Of a DNA stretch of 64,000 bases, positions 40,168 to 50,621 are shown piece after piece. The position numbers were made by a program, and so were the translations under genes. Location of the stretch: NCBI GenBank assembly GCA_963845755.1, contig CAWJTV010000042.1:64001-128000 (forward strand), written 5' to 3'. The stretch's first letter is position 1, and every line of letters begins with the position of its first letter. The notes below the pieces were generated by a model, which did not search any database, was not told the origin of the DNA, and saw only the letters and a list, made by a program, of their open reading frames with translations. Source of the DNA: an uncultured Planctomycetota bacterium. GTDB taxonomy: Bacteria > Planctomycetota > Planctomycetia > Isosphaerales > Isosphaeraceae.

Positions 40168-42635
40168 ATGCAGGACTTCGAAAAACTCGGACTCTTCTAC
40201 CTGGGCAAGGTGTACGACGTGGCGAATCGGCAGGTCACCTCGAACCTGCTGCTCTACGAGTCGAAGGACTTGACCACACACGCGGTGTGCGTGGGGATGA
40301 CCGGCAGCGGCAAGACGGGCCTGGGGATCGGCTTGCTGGAAGAAGCGGCGATCGATGGAATCCCGGTGATCGCCATCGACCCGAAGGGCGACCTGGGTAA
40401 TCTGTTGTTGACATTCCCCGAGCTGCGTCACGAGGATTTCCTGCCATGGGTCGATGCGGACGAGGCGTCGCGTCAAGGGATGACGCCGGAGGAATTCGCC
40501 GCGAAGTCGGCCGAGCAGTGGCGTGAGGGCCTGGCCGCCTGGGGCGAGGACGGCGCGCGGATCGCGCGGTTCCGTGAGGCGGTCAACCTGGCGATCTACA
40601 CGCCGGGGAGCCGTGCGGGACTGCCGCTGACCGTCCTCCGCTCGTTCGCCGCCCCGCCGCCGGGACTGGCCGGCCAGGCCGAGGCCTATCGCGAACGGAT
40701 CGCCTCGGCCGTCTCGGGACTGCTCGCGCTGCTGGGCATCGACGTCGACCCGATTTCTAGTCGCGATCATATCTTACTCTCAAACATACTCGACCATGCC
40801 TGGCGCGCCGGGCACGACCTGGATATGGCCGGGGTCATCCATGCCGTCCAGTCGCCGCCGTTCCAGAAGGTCGGCGTGCTCGACCTGGAGACGTTCTTCC
40901 CGGCCAAGGATCGCTTCACGCTGGCGATGAAGCTCAATAACCTGCTCGCATCGCCGGGGTTCGCCGCCTGGATGGAAGGCGAGCCGATGGACGTCGGCGG
41001 CCTGTTCTCCACCCGCGAAGGGAAGCCGCGGCTGTCGATCATCTCGATCGCTCATCTCTCGGACAACGAGCGGATGTTCTTCGTCACGATCCTCCTGAAC
41101 GAGGTGCTGGCCTGGGCGCGATCGCAGCCGGGCACGTCGAGCCTGCGCACCATCCTCTACATGGACGAGATCTTCGGATACTTCCCCTCGACGTCCAATC
41201 CGCCCTCGAAGGTCCCGATGCTGACCCTGCTCAAACAGGCGCGCGCGCCTACGGCCTGGGGGTCGTGCTGGCGACCCAGAACCCGGTCGACCTCGACTAC
41301 AAAGGGCTCTCCAATTGCGGGACCTGGTTCCTGGGCCGCTTGCAGACGCAGCGCGACAAGGACCGGGTGCTCGAAGGTCTGGAGGGGGCCTCGACGGCGA
41401 CCGGGCACGCCTTCGACCGCCCCGAGATGGACAAGACCCTGTCGGGCCTCGGCCGTCGCGTCTTCGTGATGAACAACGTGCACGACGAGCGGCCGCTGGT
41501 GTTCCAGACCCGTTGGACCCTCTCGTACCTCCGAGGACCGCTGACGCGGGAGCAGATCCAGACGTTGATGGCATCCCGCAAGCAGGCGATGGCCTCGGGG
41601 TCACATTCCCCCGCGACGACGGCCGTACTCACCGGCTCCTCCTCGTCTTCCACGACCGCCTCGACCTCTGGCCTCAACACGACCGGCTCCCGGCCGGTCG
41701 TGCCGCCGGATGTGCCCGTATTCTTCGTGCCGCGCCGCGAACCGGTCGATCCTGGGGAATCGTTGCTCTATCGTCCCGCGCTCTTGGGAGTGGCCCGGCT
41801 GCATTATGCCGACAAGAAGGCCGGCGTCGACCACTGGGAGACGGTGGCCCTGCTCCAACGGATCGGCGATGAGATGCCGGCGGAGGTCTGGGCCCAGAGC
41901 GAGACCTACGACGACGGCGTACCGGAGCTGGACAAGTCGCCCGATGCGGAGGCCAGGTTCGCACCCATGCCCTCCGAGCTGGCCCGGGCCAAGTCTTACG
42001 CCGAGTGGACCAAGGCGCTGAAGAACTACCTCTACCGCGAGCGGACGATGGACCTCTGGAGCTACTCCGAGTTCAAGGAGCTGTCCCGCCCGCGAGAATC
42101 CGAGCGGGAATTCCGGCTGCGGCTGGCCCAGGCATCGCGCGAGCGGCGCGATCGGGAGGTCGAGAAGCTGCGGGCCAAGTACGCGCCCAAGCAGGCTGCC
42201 CTCGAAGATCAGATGCGCCGCGCCCGCGAGCGTGTGGAGCGCGAGCAGGCGCAGGCGAGCCGGTCAACCTGGGACGCGACGGTCGCGATGGGCAGCTCGG
42301 TGCTCGGCGCGCTCCTCGGCCGAAAGACCCTCAGTAAATCCAATGTGACCAAGGCCGCTTCGGCCGCGAAGGCCGCCGGCCGGGCCGCCCAGCAGCATAG
42401 CGACGTCAGTCAGGCCGAGGAGTCGCTCGACGCCCTGCGGCGGAAGTATGACGAGCTGGAAACCAAGTTCCGGGCGGAAGCGGCCAAACTCGACGCACCG
42501 CTACGCCCCGAGGCGGCCAAGCTCGAGCCGTTGCCGATTCGACCCAAGAAGGCCGATATCACCGTCGAGCAGGTCGTCCTGGCCTGGACGCCGTGGAAAG
42601 TCGGCGCCGAGGGGAAGACGGAGGCGGCGTATTGA
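40168..42635 (+). CDS. HerA/FtsK-like P-loop ATPase (DUF87/DUF853 type) with coiled-coil C-terminus; 2-nt frameshift in (GC)n at about 41240
   Basis: [58 protein letters not shown]. Confidence 0.9.
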
Positions 42636-42644
42636 GGAGCTGGC

Positions 42645-43130
42645 TCACGATTCGCCAGCCAGCCGCGACGCCGTTTCTACGAGGGCATCCGATAGCCAGT
42701 AACCGTGTGCTCGGATGGTTTCCACGACAGGGCGAACCAGCGGAATATGGCCGTCTTGCTTCGCCTTGAGCAATACGCCGACGACGCCCGTGATGGCGAT
42801 TCCCGGTTGCCGGGCGGATCTGCGCCCAGCCGGGTCATCGATCACGAGTAACCCATGGGATGAGAGCGCCAGGCAAATGGCATGCTGCTCGCCCGCACCG
42901 AGACCAGATGTTAGCCGGTCGACTTCTTCCGATGACTGTGGTATCGCAGTGATGCGCACGAACATTGCCAGAGCGTCATCAATCCGCTGGGCCTCTGGAC
43001 CGACCTTTGCGAGCAGCTCGCGGTGCACGGACGGTGGAATCAAGATTTCTCCGTACAGGGCTTGAAGCAGAGGCAGTTCGTCCGTTTTGGCCAGCGCGAA
43101 AATCGGACCGGTGTTGCTGACGACGGTCAC
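42645..43130 (-). CDS. DUF3368 PIN-like toxin
   Basis: VVSNTGPI, IPPSVHREL, LGAGEQHAI, VIDD, GVVGVLLKAK. Confidence 0.88.
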   Translation of the reverse strand: MTVVSNTGPIFALAKTDELPLLQALYGEILIPPSVHRELLAKVGPEAQRIDDALAMFVRITAIPQSSEEVDRLTSGLGAGEQHAICLALSSHGLLVIDDPAGRRSARQPGIAITGVVGVLLKAKQDGHIPLVRPVVETIRAHGYWLSDALVETASRLAGES

Positions 43131-43408
43131 GGGTTCATGCTCCCGCCGACAGCCTGGAGATCGGCCCGAAGCTCCGCTTCAATCTCCTCGTCGGGATAAT
43201 TGAAGATGGAGACCCGATAGCGGCCGCATGCCTCGAAGAACTCCCCCCGAGAGAGGCCCGCAACCTCTGCGGCATTTCCGGAGGAGAGTTTGCCCAGCTC
43301 GAACATCTTCAAGGCCACCATCAAAGACAGGTGGGCCGAAAGTTCGTCGGAGGTCAACCGGACGGCCTGAGCGAGATCATCAGGATAGGTGAGGACCAGT
43401 TCTTTCAT
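43127..43408 (-). CDS. UPF0175 family antitoxin
   Basis: ALKMFELGKLSSGNAAEVAGLSRGEF. Confidence 0.88.
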   Translation of the reverse strand: MKELVLTYPDDLAQAVRLTSDELSAHLSLMVALKMFELGKLSSGNAAEVAGLSRGEFFEACGRYRVSIFNYPDEEIEAELRADLQAVGGSMNP

Positions 43409-43552
43409 GACTCATGACTCAACTCGAGGCAGTTTATCGGCGCCGAGGTTCGAACCATCGCTTCCCCAGCAGCCGATTCTACCACCCCAATTGGACATCG
43501 GGCACCAGCCCAGCCCGAGTTTTTGACATCTACGCGCGCTCCCCCCGAAGGG

Positions 43553-44458
43553 TCACCCCTTCTCCTCGGCCTCGAGCTGCTTCCTGGCCTCGGCGATGAC
43601 GGCTCTTTGCTCCTCGGTCACCTCGGGATAGCGGAGGTCGAGCGACTCGATCGTCGTGGCGATAATCCGGGAGACCAGCGCGCGGGCGACCCATTTGTGG
43701 TCGGCCGGGATGATGTACCACGGGGCCCACTTGGTGCTGGTGGCGTTGATCGCTTTCTCGTACGCCTTCATATAGTCGTCCCAGAACCCGCGTTCGGTCA
43801 TGTCGCCGGCAGCGAACTTCCAGTGCTTCTTCGGATCCTTCAGCCGTTTGAGGAACCGCTTCCGCTGCTCGTCCTTCGACAGGTGGAGGAAGAACTTGAG
43901 GATGACCGTACTGTTGCGGACCAGGTGCCGTTCGAAGGCGTTGATGTCGGCGTAGCGATCGGCCCAGAAATCGTCGTTGTGTTTCGCGCCAGGGATGCGC
44001 TCGGCCCGGACCAGCTCGGGATGGACCCGCACCACGAGTACTTCCTCGAAATATGAGCGATTGAAGATGCCGATCCGCCCCCGCTCGGGCACGACGCGGG
44101 AATATCGCCAGAGGAAGTTGTGATCGAGCTCCTGGGCGGAGGGATGTTTGAAGCTGTAGACCTGGCATCCCTGCGGATTGACGCCCGACATCACGTGCTT
44201 GATCGTGCTGTCCTTGCCCGCGGCGTCCATCGCCTGAAAGATGATGAGGATCGACCAGGTGTCGGCCGCATAGAGCCGGTCCTGAGCTTCGGCCAGCGCA
44301 GAGACGTCCTGCGTGAGCACCTCCTCGGCGAACCGCTTCCGCTCCGCCTTGGGGAGCTTGAGATCGCCGGCCCAGCCGGGATCGTAGTCCCTGAGCTCGA
44401 TCGATTTGCCATGGGGGACACGCCACATATCGATGATGTCGTCGCTCGCCGTTGGCAT
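43553..44458 (-). CDS. ppk2: Polyphosphate kinase 2 (class III-like)
   Basis: FQAMDAAGKDSTIKHVMSGVNPQG, IGIFNRSY, KFFLHLSKDEQ, APWYIIPADHKW. Confidence 0.95.
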   Translation of the reverse strand: MPTASDDIIDMWRVPHGKSIELRDYDPGWAGDLKLPKAERKRFAEEVLTQDVSALAEAQDRLYAADTWSILIIFQAMDAAGKDSTIKHVMSGVNPQGCQVYSFKHPSAQELDHNFLWRYSRVVPERGRIGIFNRSYFEEVLVVRVHPELVRAERIPGAKHNDDFWADRYADINAFERHLVRNSTVILKFFLHLSKDEQRKRFLKRLKDPKKHWKFAAGDMTERGFWDDYMKAYEKAINATSTKWAPWYIIPADHKWVARALVSRIIATTIESLDLRYPEVTEEQRAVIAEARKQLEAEEKG

Positions 44459-44509
44459 GATGAAACTCGCCGATAGTCAGTAAGCAGATCGCGCGTTACC
44501 CGAGGATCT

Positions 44510-44857
44510 TCACTGCTGCATCACGTCGATTCGCCAGACTCTCGGAGGACACGGGCGTATAAGGCATCGCTCACGTGGAATCCCGCATCTGTCCTCTGCG
44601 AGCACAATCGCTTCCGCTTCCCCGCGATCAAGTCTGGCCTGAAGAGCGATCACGAGACTTGAATTACTAACATCCCTACGCACGACCCACTCGAACGTTC
44701 GAGTCTCCAATACTCCCGGCAATCGGGGGTCCTGCATCGCCACTTCGTCATACACGGCTCGCGGAATCGTGACCGTGCCATACAGATCGTGCAACAAATC
44801 AAGATGCCCGATGGCCGCCAAACTGATCAATGGTTAAGAATCACTCACGACGATCAT
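44510..44857 (-). pseudogene. DUF3368 PIN-like toxin, inactivated (in-frame TAA at codon 8; homology lost after GEAEAIVLAE)
   Basis: MIVVSDS-stop-PLISLAAIG..IPRAVYDEV..LDRGEAEAI. Confidence 0.8.
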
Positions 44858-45099
44858 AGTCGCCCCAACTCGCGCAGGGTCTCGAGATCCCCTTCAAGAT
44901 CGGCGACATCGAAATGGACGGGGATTTGACGGCTAGCCAGAAGATGCTGAAATTGGAGGCGTTGCAAGTTGGCTAGTTGGCTAGCCTGCCCCAGCGAGAG
45001 TTTTTCCTGCTGGAAGAGCATGACGGCGATCTCAACCTTGAATTCCCTCTCCGACAAGCGACTCGCTTGCAGGACCTCATCGGGGATGAGCACACTCAT
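44854..45099 (-). CDS. UPF0175 family antitoxin
   Basis: EIAVMLFQQEKLSLGQASQLA..FQHLLASRQIP. Confidence 0.9.
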   Translation of the reverse strand: MSVLIPDEVLQASRLSEREFKVEIAVMLFQQEKLSLGQASQLANLQRLQFQHLLASRQIPVHFDVADLEGDLETLRELGRL

Positions 45100-45393
45100 G
45101 GCAATTGATCCTTTCATCCAGGAATACGGAGACCGTGAGAGGATGGCAGTTGCCGAGGAAAAGAGAACCTCGATTCAGTTTATCGAGAAACTCCGAAACT
45201 TCGCCAGCCGGAGGCGGCGGTCTCACTTCGCGTCAACTCGATAGCAGGCTCGATCAGAGCTCCGATGGGAAGGTCGTTTCCATCACCCAGTCCAGCGGGT
45301 AGACTCAGCCGATGGAGTCCTCAAGGCCGAAGTCTTGGAGGGCGTCTTTCCAGGCAGGGTCGGCCGAGTCTCATTTTTCGAGGGTCCTCACTG

Positions 45394-46731
45394 ATGATCA
45401 TCCGCACGCAGAATCGCCGGGACTTCCTCCGGGTCGCGTCGACAAGCCCCGCGCTGCTCCCGTTTCTTACGCCCTTCGGCCGGGCGATGGCCGACGAGGT
45501 GAAGGCCAAGAACGATCGCCCGCGTCTCGGCCTGATCGGGGCCGGCGGTCAGGGTTCCGGGGACGCCCGGGGTGCGTCCCGTCTCGGCGATTTCCTGGCC
45601 GTCTGCGACGTCGACAAGGGCCACGCGGAGAAGGCCAAGAACCACAAGGAAATCGGCAAGGGGAAGGCCGATATCTGCGAGGACTACCGCAAGCTCCTCG
45701 ACCGCAAGGACATCGACGCCGTCATCATCGGCACGCCCGACCACTGGCACACGAAGATCTGCATCGACGCCCTGCGCGCGGGCAAGGACGTCTATTGCGA
45801 GAAGCCGCTGACCTTGACGATCGATGAGGGCAAGAAGCTCTGCCAGGTCGTCAAGGAGACCGGCCGCGTCGTGCAGGTCGGCACCCAGCAGCGGAGCGAC
45901 CACAACCGGGTGTTCCTGCTGGCCGTCGCCATGGTCCGAGCGGGCCGGATCGGCAAGATCAGCGCCGTCACAGCCGCGATCGGCGGCGGACCCACCGGCG
46001 GCCCGTTCCCCGTGGCCAAGCCGCCCTCCGTGCTCAACTGGGACATGTGGCTGGGCCAGGCGCCGAAGGTCGAATACCGGGTGAAGCGGTGCCATGCCGA
46101 GTTCCGCTGGTGGTATGAATACTCTGGCGGCAAGCTCACCGACTGGGGCGCCCACCACGTTGACATCGGCCAGTGGGCCATCGGCATGGAAGACTCGGGC
46201 CCGCAGACCATCGAGGTCGCTGAGGGCGTCCTCCCGGTTGAGTTCAAGGGCGGTTACCCCAGTGCGGACGATCGCTACAACACCACGACTAAGTTCCGCG
46301 TTAAGGCCAAGTTCGCCAACAATGTAACGATGACCATCCGCGACGACACCGAGAATGGCGTGACCTTCCAGGGCGTGGAGCCACGAGACCGGATCTTCGT
46401 CACCCGCGACCGGATCGACCTCGAAGGCGGTGCCGTCGATGCGCTTTACAAGAACCCCGTGCCCGAGTCGCTCCTGCACGAGCTGCGCAAGGGCAAGAAG
46501 GTCAACGGTCACATGGCCAACTTCTTCGAGTGTATTCGCGATCGTGGCGTGCCGGTGTCCGACGTCTGGACCCATCATCGGGCGCTGACCACCTGCCACC
46601 TGGCGAATATCGCGATCCGATTGGGCCGGCAGAAACTGACCTGGGACCCGGCCAAGGAGGAGATCGTTGGCGACTCCGAGGCCAATGCCTGGCAGACTCG
46701 CCCCCAGCGGGCCGGTTACGAGATCAGTTGA
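45394..46731 (+). CDS. Gfo/Idh/MocA oxidoreductase with Tat signal
   Basis: NRRDFL, GLIGAGGQG, TPDHWH, DVYCEKP, TDWGAHHVD. Confidence 0.95.
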   Translation: MIIRTQNRRDFLRVASTSPALLPFLTPFGRAMADEVKAKNDRPRLGLIGAGGQGSGDARGASRLGDFLAVCDVDKGHAEKAKNHKEIGKGKADICEDYRKLLDRKDIDAVIIGTPDHWHTKICIDALRAGKDVYCEKPLTLTIDEGKKLCQVVKETGRVVQVGTQQRSDHNRVFLLAVAMVRAGRIGKISAVTAAIGGGPTGGPFPVAKPPSVLNWDMWLGQAPKVEYRVKRCHAEFRWWYEYSGGKLTDWGAHHVDIGQWAIGMEDSGPQTIEVAEGVLPVEFKGGYPSADDRYNTTTKFRVKAKFANNVTMTIRDDTENGVTFQGVEPRDRIFVTRDRIDLEGGAVDALYKNPVPESLLHELRKGKKVNGHMANFFECIRDRGVPVSDVWTHHRALTTCHLANIAIRLGRQKLTWDPAKEEIVGDSEANAWQTRPQRAGYEIS

Positions 46732-46778
46732 TCGCGAAGAGCGGGCTGCGGGAGGGACCTGCTCCTTCCCGTGACCCG

Positions 46779-47546
46779 TCACCCTCGATCGGAAGGAATG
46801 GCAACCGTGCTCCAGGGTGCGTTCGTCAGGGCCGATCGCAGCGGCGTGTGAGTCTGGCCGTCGAAGATGCGATAGTCGTAGGACGAGAAGAAGGCGGCGA
46901 CGGCGTCCGAGGTGTCGGGGATCACCTCGCACAGGACAATCGGCCGAACGGTTTCGAAGAGCCGCGGGGCGCCGTTGAGCACCTCGAGCTCGGCGCCCTC
47001 GACGTCAATCTTGAGGACCGAAGGAGGTTGGCAGGATTCGAGGAGCCAGTCGAGGGTCACGGCGATGACCGACTGCTCCTCGCGTGCGCCGCCGGTCTCG
47101 ATCGTCCCGAACTCCGCGAGGTAGTTCGCGGCGCGGGACCGGCTTGCCAGGCAGAGCGTGCGGACCGACGGCGTCGAGGCCACGGCTGCCGGTATGACCT
47201 GCACCGGTGCGGAACCGGGCGATTGCCGCGAGGCGCTGCGGCGCAAGAGCTGCACCAGCCAGGCGTCCGGCTCCAGGGCCACGACTTGCCCCTCGGGGCC
47301 AGCCCGGCTCGCGGCCGCGAACGAGAACAGGCCGACGTTCGCCCCGACGTCCCAGACCGTGGTCCCGGGTTCCACGAATTCCTTGACCAGGCTGAGGAGG
47401 ACGGGATCCACCGCGTCCATCGGCCGGAACAGGTAACGCAATCCCGCCGAAGGCGAGACGTGGATCGGCGCCCGCCCGAATTCCGAAGGTAACCGGCGTC
47501 GGACCACCCAATCCCGGGTGAGATTCTCAGTCATGCGGCGCAGCAC
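46779..47546 (-). CDS. FkbM family methyltransferase
   Basis: VWDVGANVGLFS, ALEPD, LKIDVEGAELEVLNG; GGAGGAG RBS before GTG. Confidence 0.92.
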   Translation of the reverse strand: MLRRMTENLTRDWVVRRRLPSEFGRAPIHVSPSAGLRYLFRPMDAVDPVLLSLVKEFVEPGTTVWDVGANVGLFSFAAASRAGPEGQVVALEPDAWLVQLLRRSASRQSPGSAPVQVIPAAVASTPSVRTLCLASRSRAANYLAEFGTIETGGAREEQSVIAVTLDWLLESCQPPSVLKIDVEGAELEVLNGAPRLFETVRPIVLCEVIPDTSDAVAAFFSSYDYRIFDGQTHTPLRSALTNAPWSTVAIPSDRG

Positions 47547-47825
47547 AGGTTCTCCTCCCTGAGGAACCCTCATCGATGGCGTTCCATCTCGGCGGCCAAG
47601 GCGGCAGCGACTCTTGATCGATCTCGTGCATCAAGCCTCTGAGCCAGCCGATCAAGATACAGCAATCTTCTATTTTCGCAACCTCGGTCTCCGACCGATT
47701 CGTCAGATCGCCGCGCGGGGTGGAAACGTCGCGTCGCTTCGAGTCGCGCCTTGGCCCCGGCGAGCGACCGCACTACAATTGATAGCAAGGTCAACGCGAG
47801 AGCCGTTTTGAGATACGAGGTCGGG

Positions 47826-49028
47826 ATGACTCACCGTGAGGACGATCGTGACGAATCGGCCGCTTTCGCGCCGGCGACCACGGTGGGGCCTGCTCCGAGT
47901 GTTCGTACTGCGCCTCTGGCGAAACGGCCGGTACTCTCGGCGAGCGTCGCGGAATGGCGGTCGTGGATGGTTGAACGGGATTACCCGGCCTACCGCGCGC
48001 GACAAGTGCTCGACTGGGTGATCCGCCGCCGCGCCGTGTCGTTCGAGCCGATGTCCGACCTGCCCAGCTCAATCCGGAAGCAACTCGACGCCGAGTGGAC
48101 CGTCTTCGGCACTCGGGCCGCTTATCATGACGTCGCCCCTGATGGCACTGCCAAACTCGTCGTCGAATGCCGGGACGACCGCCGGATCGAGTGCGTCTTG
48201 ATGGCCGAAGGACCGCGACGGACCGTGTGCATCAGCACTCAGGTCGGTTGCGGCATGGGCTGCGTCTTCTGCGCGAGTGGGCTCAAAGGCGTCGAGCGGA
48301 ACCTCACCTCCGACGAGATTCTCGAACAGGTGATCCATCTCCGTAATCTTTTGCCGCCCGAGGAGACCGTCACGCACATCGTCGTCATGGGGATGGGGGA
48401 GAGCCTGGCGAACCTGGACAACCTGGTCCGGGCCCTCGATCGGCTCTGCTCGGCCGAGGAGGGACTGGGGATCAGTCAGCGTCGGGTGACCATCTCGACG
48501 GTTGGACTTCCCGAAAAGATCCTCAAACTCGCGGCCATGGACCGTCAGTATCATCTGGCAGTTTCGCTGCACGCGCCGACCGAGGCCCTGAGGAATGAGT
48601 TGGTCCCGGTCAACGAGGCCATCGGACTGGGTGCCGTGCTTGCGGCGGCCGACGCCTACTTCGAGCGGTCGGGCCGGCAGGTGACCTACGAGTACGTGCT
48701 CTTGGGCGGTGTCAACGATCGGCCATCGGATGCTCATGCATTGGCCCGTCTGCTGGCGGCTCGCCGGTCACACGTCAACCTGATCCCGTACAACCCTGTA
48801 GCGAGCCTGTCCTTCGTCCGGCCGGATCCCGAGGCGATCGAACGATTCGTCGCGATCCTGCGGGGCCAGGGCGTCAGCGTGACGGTGCGCAAGACCAAGG
48901 GGCGGACCATCGATGCCGCCTGCGGCCAGCTCCGCCGCCGACTCGACGACGACGCGGATCATGGGGCGGTGCACGCGGGCGACGCCGGTCGAAGGGTGCT
49001 CTCAACGGCTTATGAAGCCGTGAAATAG
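47826..49028 (+). CDS. rlmN: 23S rRNA (A2503)/tRNA C2-methyltransferase
   Basis: CISTQVGCGMGCVFCASG, VVMGMGE, SLHAP, YEYVLL, NLIPYN, IDAACGQL. Confidence 0.96.
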   Translation: MTHREDDRDESAAFAPATTVGPAPSVRTAPLAKRPVLSASVAEWRSWMVERDYPAYRARQVLDWVIRRRAVSFEPMSDLPSSIRKQLDAEWTVFGTRAAYHDVAPDGTAKLVVECRDDRRIECVLMAEGPRRTVCISTQVGCGMGCVFCASGLKGVERNLTSDEILEQVIHLRNLLPPEETVTHIVVMGMGESLANLDNLVRALDRLCSAEEGLGISQRRVTISTVGLPEKILKLAAMDRQYHLAVSLHAPTEALRNELVPVNEAIGLGAVLAAADAYFERSGRQVTYEYVLLGGVNDRPSDAHALARLLAARRSHVNLIPYNPVASLSFVRPDPEAIERFVAILRGQGVSVTVRKTKGRTIDAACGQLRRRLDDDADHGAVHAGDAGRRVLSTAYEAVK

Positions 49029-49085
49029 CGGACGAACGATCAATCGATCGATCGATCGAGATTACGCGGAAGAGGAGGACTCGTC

Positions 49086-49718
49086 GTGAACCGAGAGGCA
49101 GAGACTCTGGAGCAGCAACTCGAGGCGCGCGACCCGGACGTTCGGCTCATGGTCCAGGTCCGCACCGAGGAGCCCGGGGCCTTCGAAGCACTGGTCGAGC
49201 GCTACCAGCACCGCCTGGTCGGGATCCTCTTCCACCTGGTCGGCAACATGGATGAGGCCGAGGATCTCTGCCAGGAGGTCTTCCTCCGCATTTACAAGGC
49301 ACGTAAGGGTTACCGGCCCAAGGCCAAGTTCTCGACCTGGCTGTTCACGATCGCCAACAACCTGGCGCTCAACCACATCCGAAACAAGAACCGCAACGCG
49401 AACGTCTCCCTCGGGGGCACCAGTAGCTCGCAGCCGATCTCTCCGTTCGGTAAGCAGCTCGAAGGCCGAGAAGGTACACCCTCGGCCCAGATGCGGAAGG
49501 CCGAGCTCTCGGACGTGGTCCGCGACGCGCTGGGCGCCCTGAACGAGGACCAGAAGATGGCAGTCCTGCTCAACAAGTTCGAGGAGATGAGCTACGCCGA
49601 GATCGCCGACATCATGGGTCGGTCGCCCGCAGCCATCAAGTCTCTCCTGGCCCGGGCAAGGAACCAGCTCCGCGAACAGCTCGAACCCTACCTCCTGACC
49701 GGCGATCTTGGTCGTTAA
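49086..49718 (+). CDS. ECF RNA polymerase sigma factor
   Basis: AEDLCQEVFLRIY, FSTWLFTIANN, MSYAEIADIMG..IKSLLARAR; GAGGAGG RBS. Confidence 0.94.
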   Translation: MNREAETLEQQLEARDPDVRLMVQVRTEEPGAFEALVERYQHRLVGILFHLVGNMDEAEDLCQEVFLRIYKARKGYRPKAKFSTWLFTIANNLALNHIRNKNRNANVSLGGTSSSQPISPFGKQLEGREGTPSAQMRKAELSDVVRDALGALNEDQKMAVLLNKFEEMSYAEIADIMGRSPAAIKSLLARARNQLREQLEPYLLTGDLGR

Positions 49719-49808
49719 TCATCAGTCATCCGAGGCATCGCGGGATCCCACGGCGGTGCGCCGGCAGAAGCACTCCCCTGCCCATTGCATACTGACAGGT
49801 GTTACGCG

Positions 49809-50614
49809 ATGGCTCTTTGGGGTTCTCTTCGTCTCGACGAGAGGTTTGCGGCGGCCCGGGGATCGGTCGCGGGTTGGTTGGGCGTGCTGGGCCAGTCCGT
49901 GGATGCTCTCGTCTTCCCCTGGTCGTGCGCGGTCTGCGGCGTCGAGGGGCAGTCGGGCGCGTTCTGCCCATCGTGCCACGCGGAACTGATGGGGCAAGCG
50001 TCGAAAGCGTTGGCTTCGGTCTGTCCGCGTTGTGCTCTGCCGGCCGGACCGTTCGCGGATCTGGAGCGGGGTTGTGGCGCGTGTCGTGGCCGCTCGCTGG
50101 GTTTCGACGCCGCGATGGCCCTGGGGCCTTACGAGGGGTCGTTGCGGGAGTTGTGCTTGCGGCTCAAGCACGAGCGAAATGCTTGGCTGGCCCCTCGGCT
50201 GAGCGGCCTCTGGCTCGAGGCCCGGGGTGAGGCGATCGGCCGGTTTCCGGACGACGCCTGGATCGTGCCCGTCCCGCTGCATTGGTGGCGGCACTGGCGG
50301 CGGGGCTATAACCAGGCCGAGGCCCTGGCGCGCGGCTTGGCGCGGCGGCTGGATCGGCCGCTCCGGAGGCCGCTACAGCGAGTCGTGGCGACGGACAAGC
50401 TGGCCGAGTTGTCGAGAACTGAGCGGACTCGAGCCATGCGCGGAGCGTTCCGCGCCCGGCGAAACGCTCGTCTCGAGGGCCGAACCATTCTCCTGGTCGA
50501 CGACGTGTTGACCACCGGCGCCACCTGCGGCGCCGCGGCCCGGGCGTCAAGAAAGCCGGCGCCGCGCGGGTTGTCGTCGCCGTGATCGCGCGGACGGGCA
50601 AGAGTTCCGTTTGA
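49809..50614 (+). CDS. comF: ComF family protein (zinc ribbon plus phosphoribosyltransferase), frameshift near 50547
   Basis: Four CxxC pairs, VPVPLH, RRGYNQA, LLVDDVLTTGAT; C-terminus KKAGAARVVVAVIAR in the next frame. Confidence 0.88.
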
Positions 50615-50621
50615 GGCCGAT

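Noticed and set aside
47570..47794. Small ORF between fkbM and rlmN
   Set aside because: No RBS or recognisable domain; overlaps the likely divergent promoter region
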